From an uncultured delta proteobacterium (GTDB lineage: Bacteria; Desulfobacterota; BSN033; UBA1163): a stretch of 64,000 bases of DNA. Below, piece by piece: positions 9,907-19,645 of the stretch. The translations under genes were made by a program, and so were the position numbers. Location of the stretch: positions 928,001 through 992,000 of the forward strand of contig CAWHBU010000003.1 in assembly GCA_963827685.1 (NCBI GenBank), given 5' to 3'. Within the stretch, counting starts at the first letter, position 1. Each line of letters begins with the position of its first letter. Below the pieces are notes generated by a model. That model had not been told where the DNA came from, did no database searches, and was given only the letters and a program-made list of their open reading frames with translations.

Positions 9907-11052
9907 TTAGGTTAAGATCTCCCGAACGGCTTCGCATACATAAGAAACATCCTCTTCCTTCATATCAGGAAATAAAGGCAGGGATACCAGTTTGTCGTTG
10001 GCCCGTTCCGTTTCTTTCAACTCTCCCTTCTTTATCTTATATCGTTTCTGGATATAGCTCAAGCGATGTCCAGCGGGGAAATGAATTCCATATCCGATCT
10101 GGTATTCGGACAATCTCTGCATAAAACGCTCTCGATCCATAGAGATAACTTTGATGACAAAGAGGTGCCATGCGTGCGTATGGCTGTAGGTCGGTACACC
10201 CGGTAATTCCAACCCCTCCACCCCCTCTAACCATTTCCTGTATAGATCAGCCAGTTGCCTTCTACGGTCATTCAGTTCCTCCAGCCTGGAAAGTTGAGCA
10301 AGACCCAGTGCGGCTTGGATATCGGTTAGATTATATTTAAATCCCGGTGTCTGAATGTCATATTCAGGGTTCCCTCCCTTACCGTATCGTTTCCATGCGT
10401 CCCGTTCAATACCATGAAATCTGAGAAGTTTCAATCGGCTTTCAAGGCGATCATCACTATGCGTGATCATGCCCCCTTCGCCGGTCGTGATGTTTTTAAT
10501 TGGATGAAAGGAGAAGATAGCCATCTGCCCCCACCCTCCTACATGGACGCCCTTATAATAAGTGCCAAGACCGTGCGCTGCATCTTCGATGACAAATAGG
10601 TCATACTTCTTGGCAACACCCAGGATCTTATCCATGTCGACCGGGGCCCCTGCAAAATGGACCGGGACGATGGCCTTCGTTTTCTCTGTAATCTTTCCCT
10701 CAATAAGATCGACATTTATATTCAACGTATCGTAATGAATGTCGACAAAAACCGGCTTCGCCCCCAAAAGCGTTATCATATTCAACGTGGAAGCAAACGT
10801 CATGGACGGAGTAATAATCTCATCCCCTCGTTTTATGTCCAAGCCCAGCAACATGAGGTGCATGCCAGCCGTGCCAGACGAAAGAGAAAGAGCATGCGAG
10901 GCACCTGTGAGTTCACAGAATTTCTCCTCAAAGGCCTTGCAGAGTGGGCCCGTGGTGATCCAACCCGACTTTAGACAAGAAACAACTTTCTCTATCTCCT
11001 TTTCACCGATCGATGGCCGGCTCAAAGGCAGAAAATCTTTCCTGATCTCCAT
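9907..11052 (-). CDS. arnB: UDP-4-amino-4-deoxy-L-arabinose aminotransferase
   Basis: SGWITTGP, EDAAH, FSFHPIKNITTGEGG, PGFKYNL. Confidence 0.93.
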   Translation of the reverse strand: MEIRKDFLPLSRPSIGEKEIEKVVSCLKSGWITTGPLCKAFEEKFCELTGASHALSLSSGTAGMHLMLLGLDIKRGDEIITPSMTFASTLNMITLLGAKPVFVDIHYDTLNINVDLIEGKITEKTKAIVPVHFAGAPVDMDKILGVAKKYDLFVIEDAAHGLGTYYKGVHVGGWGQMAIFSFHPIKNITTGEGGMITHSDDRLESRLKLLRFHGIERDAWKRYGKGGNPEYDIQTPGFKYNLTDIQAALGLAQLSRLEELNDRRRQLADLYRKWLEGVEGLELPGVPTYSHTHAWHLFVIKVISMDRERFMQRLSEYQIGYGIHFPAGHRLSYIQKRYKIKKGELKETERANDKLVSLPLFPDMKEEDVSYVCEAVREILT

Positions 11053-11065
11053 TAGACACAATCCA

Positions 11066-11177
11066 AATCTTCGCCCCTTCGGCGGCGCGAAGCTTCGTCT
11101 TTGAAGGCGGTGTGAAAAGCGCCGCTCAGGGTGAACCCTGAGCGAAGCCGCGGCCTTTAGGCCCAGGAGTCGAAGGG
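11066..11177. repeat. CCCTTCGAC...CGCTCAGGG-type REP-like palindrome
   Basis: CGCTCAGGGTGAACCCTGAGCG hairpin and terminal GTCGAAGGG. Confidence 0.55.
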
Positions 11178-11414
11178 TTCATTCGGGTTTGACATCGGAA
11201 TCGCGGAAGACAAAATGGTCTGTCATCCCAGAGGACTTCTGTGGTGCGAACCCTCTTTTTTGATTCCGCCACATTTTTTATAGCCCATTACACAGTAAAT
11301 GTCACCATTTTCTTCACAATGCCGATCTACCCCAGATGTGACATACTTGACGATCCAGTGGAACGTGGGTTACTAATCAGGTTGTCACAAGTGATCATAA
11401 AAAAGGAGAAATAA

Positions 11415-11777
11415 ATGAAACCAGCATGGTTACTCTTGATAGCCGTATGTTCGGCCACTTTAGGTCAGATATTCTTCAAAAAAGGCGTTTTTATGACAGG
11501 AGAGATAACTCTGAAGGGATCTGTGATAGGAGAATTATTTATGCTCGTACTGAATCCCTTCATTTTTTCCGGATTGGTCCTCTACATACTCAGCACGATC
11601 ATTTGGCTCATTGCGCTGTCTAAAACGAGCTTAAGTTTTGTCTACCCTTTTGCCTCTCTCATATTTGTTTTGGTGATGCTCTCGGCCCGTTTTGTCTTCC
11701 TTGAACCTGTCCCACCCTTACGCTACGTTGGGATCGCAGTGATTTGTGTTGGATTCTTACTATCATCACTGGCCTAA
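11415..11777 (+). CDS. EamA/SMR-type small flippase subunit (ArnE/ArnF-like)
   Basis: 120 aa, four TM helices, GQIFFKKG and WLIALSKTSLSFVYPF; AGGAG RBS; arn context. Confidence 0.8.
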   Translation: MKPAWLLLIAVCSATLGQIFFKKGVFMTGEITLKGSVIGELFMLVLNPFIFSGLVLYILSTIIWLIALSKTSLSFVYPFASLIFVLVMLSARFVFLEPVPPLRYVGIAVICVGFLLSSLA

Positions 11778-11803
11778 AGAAAACCCTCTTCGTGAGGATC
11801 AGA

Positions 11804-13312
11804 ATGGACGCAACCCCAACTCCCAAAACAAGCGATCCAGATTTCAATATCCCAGAGTCGCCTCCCGAAAAAAGGAAGAAGCGCAGGTTACCTGCGTGGC
11901 TGTTTCTCCTCATTTTCACGTTTTCCCTCGGAATCATCTCCATTTTGAATTGTGAGCTTTCGATTCATGACACGGCGAGAGTGGCTGGGATTGCCCGGGA
12001 GATGGCTTTCACCGGCAACTATTTCATCCCAAGACTCAACGGCCAGAATTTTCTCGAATACCCTTCGCTCGGATATTTGCCCATCGCCTTCTTCCTGTCA
12101 GCGAGCAAAAATCCACCTGACTTCCTTGCTATCCTTCCTATAGCGCTCTTAGGAACCGCAACGGTTCTTCTCACTTTTTTGATCGGAAAAGTATTAGCGA
12201 ATGAACGCGTAGGTCTCATCGCCGGGTTTATCCTCGCCACGATGTCGGGGTTTTTCATACTTCACCGGCGGTGTCTGGTCGACCCAACGCTTCTCTTCTT
12301 CACAGTGCTCAGCCTCTATGGCTTCGTTACCGGTTATCAAACTCCTGGAAGGCGTTTCCGTTTTTTTGCAATCTTCTACCTGGCCATGGCCGGAGGCTTC
12401 CTTTCCAAGGGGTTGATCGGGATGGCCGTTCCCGCGGGCACAGCACTTATCTTTTTGATCGTAAGAAAGGATTTTGCTGCTATCCGAAAACTCTATCTTG
12501 GCCGGGGAATTCTTCTCTTTCTTCTCCCAATCGCTCTGTGGATGGGCGGAGTATGGTGGCTCGAAGGGCCTGATTTAATCAAAGAAGTGGTCCGACAAAG
12601 CTTGTGGCGGTTTCTCTCATCCTCGGCTGACCATTCAGAGTTAGTCCATTTCTATTTTATTCCTGTCCTCCTGAACACCCTCCCCTGGACGCTCCTGCCG
12701 CTGGTTTGGCTTTGGTATCGATGGAGGCGTCCCCGATCGGAGAAATCTTCGTCGCTGAATCTTCTTTCCCTTTTTGCGCTGGTCTGGTTTCTGACCATTT
12801 TCGTCGGACTTTCAATGGCTTCAGCCAAACGGACCCTCTACATCGCACCCCTTTATCCTCCCTCTGCTTTGCTGGCGGCCTTTGCATGGGCTCGCCTTTG
12901 TGAAAAGTTCCCAGGCGTGAAGCGCCTTGAAACCTATGGAATGATCATCCTTTTCTTCGCCTACATCAGCGTCCATTTCATTATCCTTCTTCCGTCTGAA
13001 AAGAAGGATAGTTTCCGACCGGTCTTTGAGGTCGTCAGAAGTCAACGAGGCCATGGTCCTGTTTATCTCTACGGGGGTTCAGAGGCTCTTCAGGGTGCAG
13101 CGGTTTTCTACATGGGAGAGACCGTACCCCTGCGTAATAAAACGGACCTATTGCAGGAAGGATTCGAGGCACCCTCAGGAACGATTCTTATCATCCCTTT
13201 CCTCTCAGGTGATGAACAGCTCCTTGCTAGTCTTCGGGCAAAGGGATTCCGCCTTCTCACGGAGAAGACCATCAGAAAAATATCGCTCCAGATTTATTCG
13301 AATAGCCCCTAA
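11804..13312 (+). CDS. arnT: ArnT-family (GT-C) lipid-linked sugar transferase
   Basis: AGIAREM...PRLNGQNFLEYP, LSKGLIG, AKRTLYIAPLYP; many TM helices; adjacent to arnBCAD. Confidence 0.75.
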   Translation: MDATPTPKTSDPDFNIPESPPEKRKKRRLPAWLFLLIFTFSLGIISILNCELSIHDTARVAGIAREMAFTGNYFIPRLNGQNFLEYPSLGYLPIAFFLSASKNPPDFLAILPIALLGTATVLLTFLIGKVLANERVGLIAGFILATMSGFFILHRRCLVDPTLLFFTVLSLYGFVTGYQTPGRRFRFFAIFYLAMAGGFLSKGLIGMAVPAGTALIFLIVRKDFAAIRKLYLGRGILLFLLPIALWMGGVWWLEGPDLIKEVVRQSLWRFLSSSADHSELVHFYFIPVLLNTLPWTLLPLVWLWYRWRRPRSEKSSSLNLLSLFALVWFLTIFVGLSMASAKRTLYIAPLYPPSALLAAFAWARLCEKFPGVKRLETYGMIILFFAYISVHFIILLPSEKKDSFRPVFEVVRSQRGHGPVYLYGGSEALQGAAVFYMGETVPLRNKTDLLQEGFEAPSGTILIIPFLSGDEQLLASLRAKGFRLLTEKTIRKISLQIYSNSP

Positions 13313-13330
13313 GGAATCCGTGAAGCATCC

Positions 13331-13380
13331 TAACCCCCCTTCATCCCCCCTTAACTTAAGGGGGGAATAGAGGGGGGTTA
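13331..13380. repeat. GC-run palindrome between convergent genes (REP-like or bidirectional terminator)
   Basis: TAACCCCCCT...CCCCCCTTAACTTAAGGGGGG...AGGGGGGTTA. Confidence 0.55.
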
Positions 13381-13385
13381 AGGGT

Positions 13386-14318
13386 TCACTTTATTTCGTA
13401 ATAGATTGAATCTCCAAATAGACGAGATCGGATCTTCCCTTCTTCAACCAAAGGTCTGATGTGTCTGTCCAATTCACTCTGTGGAATTCCCATCCCTTTG
13501 GAGAGGTCAGATAGCGAAAGGGGCCTTCTTTTCAGAATCTTCAGTATCTCCTCTTTGATATCCATCTCCGAAACCATGGATGGATGGCGGTCAAATTCAG
13601 AGATGATCGAAGCCTTTTCCCCGAAGAATGCCCTAATCTCTTCCATCTCCTTTTGATTCAAAGGGACTGCCCATTTTTCAGAAGGAGGTCGAACCACCGT
13701 GTTAAGGTGGATGAGATCAGGTTGGATTCGATCAACCACCTTCTTCATTCTCAAAAGTTCTTCTTTGCCATCATTGACGCCTTTACAGAACAAGATCTCT
13801 AACCAAATCTGACCTTTGTAAACCTTTCTGAATTCAACCAACCCTTCGATCACCTTTTCAATAGAAAACCCTGGGCGGGGACGATTGATCTTCATGAAAA
13901 CTTCTGACGATACAGCATCTAACGAAGGAAGCACAATATCCGCACGGAGGAGATCTCGCCTGACCTCTTCATCATAGAGTAGAGAGCCGTTCGTGATGAC
14001 AGCAATTGGGATGGAGGTGATGACTTTGATCCCTTCTATGATTGAACGGATTTGGGAATGGAGGGTTGGTTCTCCGGACCCGGAAAGGGAGAGATGGTCG
14101 ATGGAGGGAGTCCCTTCTTTAAGAAACCGTTCCACCTCTTCTATAATTTCTCTAACCGGAACATATTCTTTTCTTGCCAGGGTTTTTTCTGTTGTGCTTC
14201 CAATCTGGCAGTAGATGCAGTCGTAGGTACAGATTTTGTGGGGCACGAGGTCAATCCCGAGCGACTTCCCCAATCTTCTGGAAGGAACGGGACCATAAAG
14301 ATAGCGATAAGCTTTCAT
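13386..14318 (-). CDS. Radical SAM protein with C-terminal HTH-like domain
   Basis: YGPVPSRRLGKSLG, CTYDCIYC, SGSGEPTL. Confidence 0.9.
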   Translation of the reverse strand: MKAYRYLYGPVPSRRLGKSLGIDLVPHKICTYDCIYCQIGSTTEKTLARKEYVPVREIIEEVERFLKEGTPSIDHLSLSGSGEPTLHSQIRSIIEGIKVITSIPIAVITNGSLLYDEEVRRDLLRADIVLPSLDAVSSEVFMKINRPRPGFSIEKVIEGLVEFRKVYKGQIWLEILFCKGVNDGKEELLRMKKVVDRIQPDLIHLNTVVRPPSEKWAVPLNQKEMEEIRAFFGEKASIISEFDRHPSMVSEMDIKEEILKILKRRPLSLSDLSKGMGIPQSELDRHIRPLVEEGKIRSRLFGDSIYYEIK

Positions 14319-14354
14319 TCTTTCTTCGCTATGCCCTATGCGCTTTGCGATTGT

Positions 14355-15560
14355 TTATGCTCCGAATTTTTTTAACTTCAGTCCGTTGGCTAACATCAAT
14401 GGAATGATATCCTTGGCTGGAAACCTGCTCAGTTGTCCCCTCTGACAATGTCGCTCGGTGAAGCGCCGGAGGCCGTCAGGTCGGACATAATTTGAAAAAA
14501 GAAGGATGGGACTGGGATGCCAACTGTGAGATTTTAAGAGAGCGGGAGTAGAATGATCTCCCGTGATGACTAAGACATCGGGTTTCAGTTTGAAAATGGA
14601 GGGCAGGACCCGGTCTATCTCCTCAATCGCTTTCACCTTCATCTTGAAATTTCCATCTTCGCCGGCCATATCCGGTTTCTTGAAATGGATATAAAAGAAG
14701 TCATAGCTGTCAAAATAATTCTTCAGGGTCTCCACTTCTTCCCGAGGAGTTTCTCCTGTCTTCAAAATCTCCATTCCGACCAGCCTCGCGAGCCCACGGT
14801 ACATCGGGTAGGTCGCGATGGCAGCAGGTCGAAGTTTAAACTTTTCTGACATCGTCGGGATATGCGGAATCTTCGAAAATCCTCTGAGTAGGATCGTATT
14901 GGCAGGATGAAATGATTTGAGGGCTTCAGTGGCCCGCTTCAAATAAAGGTTGACGATTTCAGCCGTCTTTCGGGCCTCCTGAGAAAGCCCTTCTGCCCCT
15001 TTTGCTTTGAGACCATCTTTCTGGGGATCGGCATCGGTCAGATCATCCCTCAAGCCCTCTCCTCGAAAAACAAGGACGAACCGATGCTCCTTGCCAGGAT
15101 AAATAGAAATGCGAACTCCTTCGATCTCTTTGATTTCATTTCCGAGGAACTCACAAACTTCTCTGTTCTTGTCGGTCGGAATTCTTCCGGCTCTTCGATC
15201 GACAACGATTCCTTGATCATCGATGGTTGCAAAATTGCCTCTAGCTGCCAGATCGTCCCTGCTCAGTGGAATATCGATCCCCAAAGCCTCCATCACCCCT
15301 CTTCCGATCTCGTAGCGAAATGGGTCGTAACCAAAGAGGGCTAGATGGGAAGGACCGCTCCCCGGCGTGATCCCGTAGGAGACAGGATCGATCAATCCAC
15401 AGACCGATTTTGGAGTGAACCGATCGAGGTTCGGGGTCTTCGCTGCCTCCAGTTCTGTCTTCCCTCGGACGGGCAATCCACCAATCCCATCGATCACCAC
15501 CATTACCAACTTTGATTCCGTTTGAATCACCAGGGACTGAAGAACCTCTTCCTTGGTCAT
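14355..15560 (-). CDS. apgM: 2,3-BPG-independent phosphoglycerate mutase, ApgM type
   Basis: DGIGG, TPGSGPSHL, DRRAGRI, ITGDHSTP, HSWHP. Confidence 0.9.
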   Translation of the reverse strand: MTKEEVLQSLVIQTESKLVMVVIDGIGGLPVRGKTELEAAKTPNLDRFTPKSVCGLIDPVSYGITPGSGPSHLALFGYDPFRYEIGRGVMEALGIDIPLSRDDLAARGNFATIDDQGIVVDRRAGRIPTDKNREVCEFLGNEIKEIEGVRISIYPGKEHRFVLVFRGEGLRDDLTDADPQKDGLKAKGAEGLSQEARKTAEIVNLYLKRATEALKSFHPANTILLRGFSKIPHIPTMSEKFKLRPAAIATYPMYRGLARLVGMEILKTGETPREEVETLKNYFDSYDFFYIHFKKPDMAGEDGNFKMKVKAIEEIDRVLPSIFKLKPDVLVITGDHSTPALLKSHSWHPSPILLFSNYVRPDGLRRFTERHCQRGQLSRFPAKDIIPLMLANGLKLKKFGA

Positions 15561-15608
15561 AGCCTCCCTCCCTCTTTTGATCCAGATATCCCCTCTCCAC
15601 CAGAGTAT

Positions 15609-15922
15609 GTAGCGTCGGCATTCCTGCCTGCCGGCCGGCGGGTATTGCCGACAAAAACTTTCGCCCCCAGTTAATGGGGACGCTACGTCTGGTAAAAAAT
15701 TCCACTAAAAAATGTCAAATGCCAGGGGTCGCACGAAGTGATGAACCAAAGGTAAATCAATGTCAAATCAAATCCAAATCCCAAGCGAGATGCCGAAATC
15801 CTTAGATCCTGAATTAAATTCAGGACCTGGTTCGGCATGACGAGGATGTCATTCTGAACTCGTTTCAGAATCTGATTTTGAACTTTGACATTCATTTGAC
15901 ATTTGGATTTGAGATTTGGATT
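15609..15922. repeat. Cluster of REP-like palindromes and heptamer (ATTTGRN) runs
   Basis: GTAGCGTC...GACGCTAC; GATGCCGAA...TTCGGCATGAC; inverted TGTCAAAT/ATTTGACA heptamer runs. Confidence 0.6.
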
Positions 15923-16473
15923 TATTCTTTCCCAGCATATTTTTCATAAAAAATAAATTCAGACGGTTCTTTCCTCTTCGAAGTGCTCCCTTCTGTGGCT
16001 GGGTATCCCAGAGGGGTCATGGCCACCACTTCTACGCTTTCAGGAACTCCCAAAATTTCCTCCGCTTTTTTATGATCGAACCTCCCCACAATCACTGTGC
16101 CCAAACCCACGGAATGGGCAGCCAAACAGAGATTCTGCATGGCAATCCCCGTATCGAACATCACCCAATCCCCCTTCACTGTAACTGCCTCGCCTTTCTT
16201 AAAACCAGAGACTCCTTTCTTCCCACACAGGACAATTATAATCGGCGCATCAGTCATTGAGGAGAGCGATGGGTTCGTCTTGTTAAGTGTCGTTGCCAAC
16301 TCGGATTTAATCTTCGGATCTTTTACAACAATCACCTCCCAACATTGGGTATTGGCCCAAGAGGGAGCCCACCTCACCGCCTCTACTAACACACGCATTG
16401 TTTCTTCAGGGACAGGATCGGGCTTGTATCTTCGAATGCTCCGTCTTCCCTTGATCGCTTCTATGAGATCCAT
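15922..16473 (-). CDS. Nitroreductase family protein
   Basis: RRSIRRY, APSWANTQCW, DTGIAMQNLCLAA, PLGYP. Confidence 0.9.
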   Translation of the reverse strand: MDLIEAIKGRRSIRRYKPDPVPEETMRVLVEAVRWAPSWANTQCWEVIVVKDPKIKSELATTLNKTNPSLSSMTDAPIIIVLCGKKGVSGFKKGEAVTVKGDWVMFDTGIAMQNLCLAAHSVGLGTVIVGRFDHKKAEEILGVPESVEVVAMTPLGYPATEGSTSKRKEPSEFIFYEKYAGKE

Positions 16474-16623
16474 ATCATTCTCCTTCGTTTTCTTTTATGA
16501 TTATCCCATAATCAGCCCTTTGTAAAGTGGATGTTGATTTTTTAAATGAGCCCGGAAGAATAAACAGGGGGGATTAAAAGAAGTCAATCATCGAAGGCAA
16601 AAAATATCGTTCTGACGGCCCTT

Positions 16624-16998
16624 CTATCCTTTGCTGTACGTGTGATGAAGGCCGTGATCTTTTTCAGAAACCACAGCATGCTCCATCTCGTCTGTCATTG
16701 CCGCACCGTGACGGTACTGGAAGGGCCACATACTCTTAGGGTCGAAAAAAGCGACACGGTCGCCCTCGTGCAGGATGTGACTTAGATCGGGTTGCAGCCC
16801 GGGCATGGCACTCAACCGCCCATTGATGAAAGTGATTCCCCGCTGCCCGGTGGGCATCTTCAGACGGGAGAGCAGGTCGGCCATAGTGCTCCTTTCAGGA
16901 AGGCGTATCCGTAAATTGGCAAAACTCCCGTTCCCTTTCCCACCTCCGTAGCGCGACAGCGTGCCGTACAGCCAAACGTCCAAAACAATGCCTACCAC
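16624..16998 (-). CDS. ThiS/MoaD-fold protein with C-terminal extension and no Gly-Gly end
   Basis: VWLYGTL...TMADLL..L...FING...GDRVAFF, then SMWPFQYRHG... Confidence 0.7.
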   Translation of the reverse strand: MVGIVLDVWLYGTLSRYGGGKGNGSFANLRIRLPERSTMADLLSRLKMPTGQRGITFINGRLSAMPGLQPDLSHILHEGDRVAFFDPKSMWPFQYRHGAAMTDEMEHAVVSEKDHGLHHTYSKG

Positions 16999-16999
16999 C

Positions 17000-17239
17000 T
17001 TATCCTCCTCCGATTAACGGAAAAATGCCTACCTCATCACCAGGCTCCAGAGGCCAATCGATAGGACAGGCGCGCCCCTTGACAAAAAACAACTTCACTT
17101 CTTCACGAGGCAATTTCAGACGATTTACCAGGTCAACCATCGTAGCGCTTTCGGGTACCTCGATTTCGAAGGGGATCCCTGGTGCCGCATTGCCGTAATA
17201 ACGACTCAAAGACGCATAGAGTTTTACTCGGACTCGCAT
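17000..17239 (-). CDS. MoaD/ThiS sulfur-carrier protein
   Basis: MRVRVKLYASL...GDEVGIFPLIGGG with C-terminal GG; GAGG RBS. Confidence 0.88.
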   Translation of the reverse strand: MRVRVKLYASLSRYYGNAAPGIPFEIEVPESATMVDLVNRLKLPREEVKLFFVKGRACPIDWPLEPGDEVGIFPLIGGG

Positions 17240-17387
17240 CGCTACCTCATGGACACCGCACGATGTCCTGCCCCCAGAGACAATCAGCGCAGGATGGGTT
17301 CCATCCTCGGCATCCCCCATGGCTATCGCACTTCGGCTGGCGTAGGAAGGCCAGTGCGCAAGCGATGCCTCATTTATCCGTAGCGAC

Positions 17388-17549
17388 GATGCGGCAGGGG
17401 TGCTGAGAAAGCTCTATAGCGGACACTTCTTAACGCGATCTGCTTGGGATGAAAAATCCTGCAAGTTCCCCTTTCTCCGAATGGCGATATTGGCCCATAA
17501 AATACTAATGATCCGCTTGTTAAAACTTTCGAAGCATCCCTGCCGCATC
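17388..17549. mobile_element. MITE-like element with terminal inverted repeats
   Basis: GATGCGGCAGGGGTGCT ... AGCATCCCTGCCGCATC (16/17 match), non-coding interior. Confidence 0.6.
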
Positions 17550-17624
17550 ACTGCTGTCGGGAACGAACCTCTCGAACCCATCACTGAGCCATTTCGTGCG
17601 CAGGCGTGAATTCCCTCGAAAGTG

Positions 17625-17660
17625 AACGAAAAGCGGGCAGGGCGGAAACCGCCCTGCCCG
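17625..17660 (-). terminator. Rho-independent terminator after aor
   Basis: CGGGCAGGGCGG-TTT-CCGCCCTGCCCG perfect 12-bp stem followed by CTTTTCGTT. Confidence 0.75.
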
Positions 17661-17672
17661 GCAGAAGCGCCT

Positions 17673-19436
17673 CTACAGCTCACCATAGACAGAATCCAGC
17701 GCGCTATCAGGCACATCAAAGACCTGGTTGTGCGGCGGAAGCGGCTCATACTTCATGAACTCGGGCACACGATCGTGTTCCTTGCTAAGCCCCGCCGCCT
17801 CGTTGAAGGCCCGTTCCTTACGCAAGATTTCTGAACCGATCTTGACCACGTCGTCTGGTTTCCAGTTGGTACCCAGGACGCCGTTACATTCCTCGACCAT
17901 CCCCTCGTACCCGCTGGGGATGTCGAGAATGGCAAAGGCGATGAACAGGCAGTGGCCGGAAGAATCGATAAATGCAGTCGTTGCCTGGAACGCCCGGCTC
18001 AAGGCAGCCTTACCTTCAGGGCTAAGGGGATCTGCCTTTCCACCGACGCTCATGATTTCGGGAGCAATAGTATAGCCCGCAGTATGATCGGCACCCATGG
18101 TGGTCGTCGCGTAGGTAATACCAATCCCTTTGACCGCCCGTGGCTCATAAGCAGGCATGCTCTGACCTTTCGTGGTGGGAACACGGCACAGGCCGTAGGC
18201 TTTGCCTGTGAACTCTGTACCGCCACCGAGGATTCGACCCAGAGGGCTCCCCTTCCCCATTTCTTTAACCAGTCTGATCGCTTTCTTGCTGTCGCCGAAC
18301 GGAATCACGCCAGCCTCCATGGCCACGGCCAGGGTAGTACCCGTCTCAATGGTATCCAGGCCATAGGCATTGCACAAGCGGACCATTTCGGCTATATCGT
18401 CCAGGTTATCAATGCAACAGTCAGCACCCAGGGCCCAGTCGGACTCGTACTCCACGCAGGAAGTATGCTCAGTGCCATCGGGCTTGTACCAGGTGTTGGA
18501 GCACTGGATGATGCAGCCGGGGCTACAGGCATGGTTGTATAGTTCCTTGCCGAGACGCTTCTTGTTCCCCTCAAAAATGGCCTCACCGGCAATCTTGGCA
18601 GCCCCTTCAAATCGGCCACTAGAGAAGTTGCGCGTAGGCAGTCCGCCAGCCTCGTTCAGAATATTGACCAGGACGGCTGTGCCATAGGTGTTCAGGCCAC
18701 CTTTGGGTTTAGTAACATCATGGGTACGCAGGGCATCGGCCAGCTTCTTGGCACCCTGGTCAAACAAGGCCTTATCAATGATACTTACATTACGAGCACC
18801 TTGGCTGTCCAGCACAATAAACTTCAGCCCCTTGCTTGCCATGACTGCACCTAAGCCACCCCTTCCGGAATACCGACTCGGACGCTTAGCGAGGTCATTA
18901 AATACTATACCTGAGTTGGCGTAGCCGTATTCCGCGGCTACGCCGAAGCCGGCAATGGCAGCACTCTTCCCGAAGCGCTTAAACACTTTTGGGTAGACCT
19001 CATACAGGTCTTGACCCTTGTACCTGTCGGCAGGGGAGAATTCTACTTTAGGCTTGCCTGCTTTGTCATCCCAGGTCAGGTAGGCCGTCCAGTACTTGCC
19101 TTTTTCCTTCGGTTGACCCTCCACTACCAGAGCTTTGATTTGCATCCAGGCAAGATATTGTGGCCATGGTGAGCCGGCGTTGGATTCCTTGATGCCGCCT
19201 GTGAGCGGGGACTTGGCGCCCACGGAGACCCGGGCCGACGTGGGAGCCGCTGTACCCGTCACGATTCCAGGCGCAAAGACGAGCTTGTTATTAGGACCGA
19301 GGGCATGACACAGAGGGGGAACCTCATCATGGACAATGGTAGACGTCATTCCGCGGCCGCCAAGGTTCTTGTAAGCTTCAGGGACTTCCTCCAAACGATA
19401 AGTGCGGTCACTCATGTTCAGTCTCAAGATCCACAT
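17673..19436 (-). CDS. aor: Tungsten-dependent aldehyde:ferredoxin oxidoreductase family protein
   Basis: KSPLTGGIKESNAG, GRGGLGAVMASKGLK, CSPGCIIQC, EYES, GLDTI, YEPR, GADH. Confidence 0.93.
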   Translation of the reverse strand: MWILRLNMSDRTYRLEEVPEAYKNLGGRGMTSTIVHDEVPPLCHALGPNNKLVFAPGIVTGTAAPTSARVSVGAKSPLTGGIKESNAGSPWPQYLAWMQIKALVVEGQPKEKGKYWTAYLTWDDKAGKPKVEFSPADRYKGQDLYEVYPKVFKRFGKSAAIAGFGVAAEYGYANSGIVFNDLAKRPSRYSGRGGLGAVMASKGLKFIVLDSQGARNVSIIDKALFDQGAKKLADALRTHDVTKPKGGLNTYGTAVLVNILNEAGGLPTRNFSSGRFEGAAKIAGEAIFEGNKKRLGKELYNHACSPGCIIQCSNTWYKPDGTEHTSCVEYESDWALGADCCIDNLDDIAEMVRLCNAYGLDTIETGTTLAVAMEAGVIPFGDSKKAIRLVKEMGKGSPLGRILGGGTEFTGKAYGLCRVPTTKGQSMPAYEPRAVKGIGITYATTTMGADHTAGYTIAPEIMSVGGKADPLSPEGKAALSRAFQATTAFIDSSGHCLFIAFAILDIPSGYEGMVEECNGVLGTNWKPDDVVKIGSEILRKERAFNEAAGLSKEHDRVPEFMKYEPLPPHNQVFDVPDSALDSVYGEL

Positions 19437-19645
19437 AATTTTTTTCCTCCTTTCTTTAGAAATGGATCTGGATCACTCGATCCGATCCGTAAAAATGGAA
19501 GTTGAAGAAGATGGGGCCCGAATTTTTCTCCATTATAGCTGAAAGAATTTTTTTTATCAAAGAAAAATTAATCTGCTGTCTTCTTGACATGTTTTATAAA
19601 ATTGTTGAAAATAGATGCAATGTTAATAGGTTGAGAGAAATCCGA

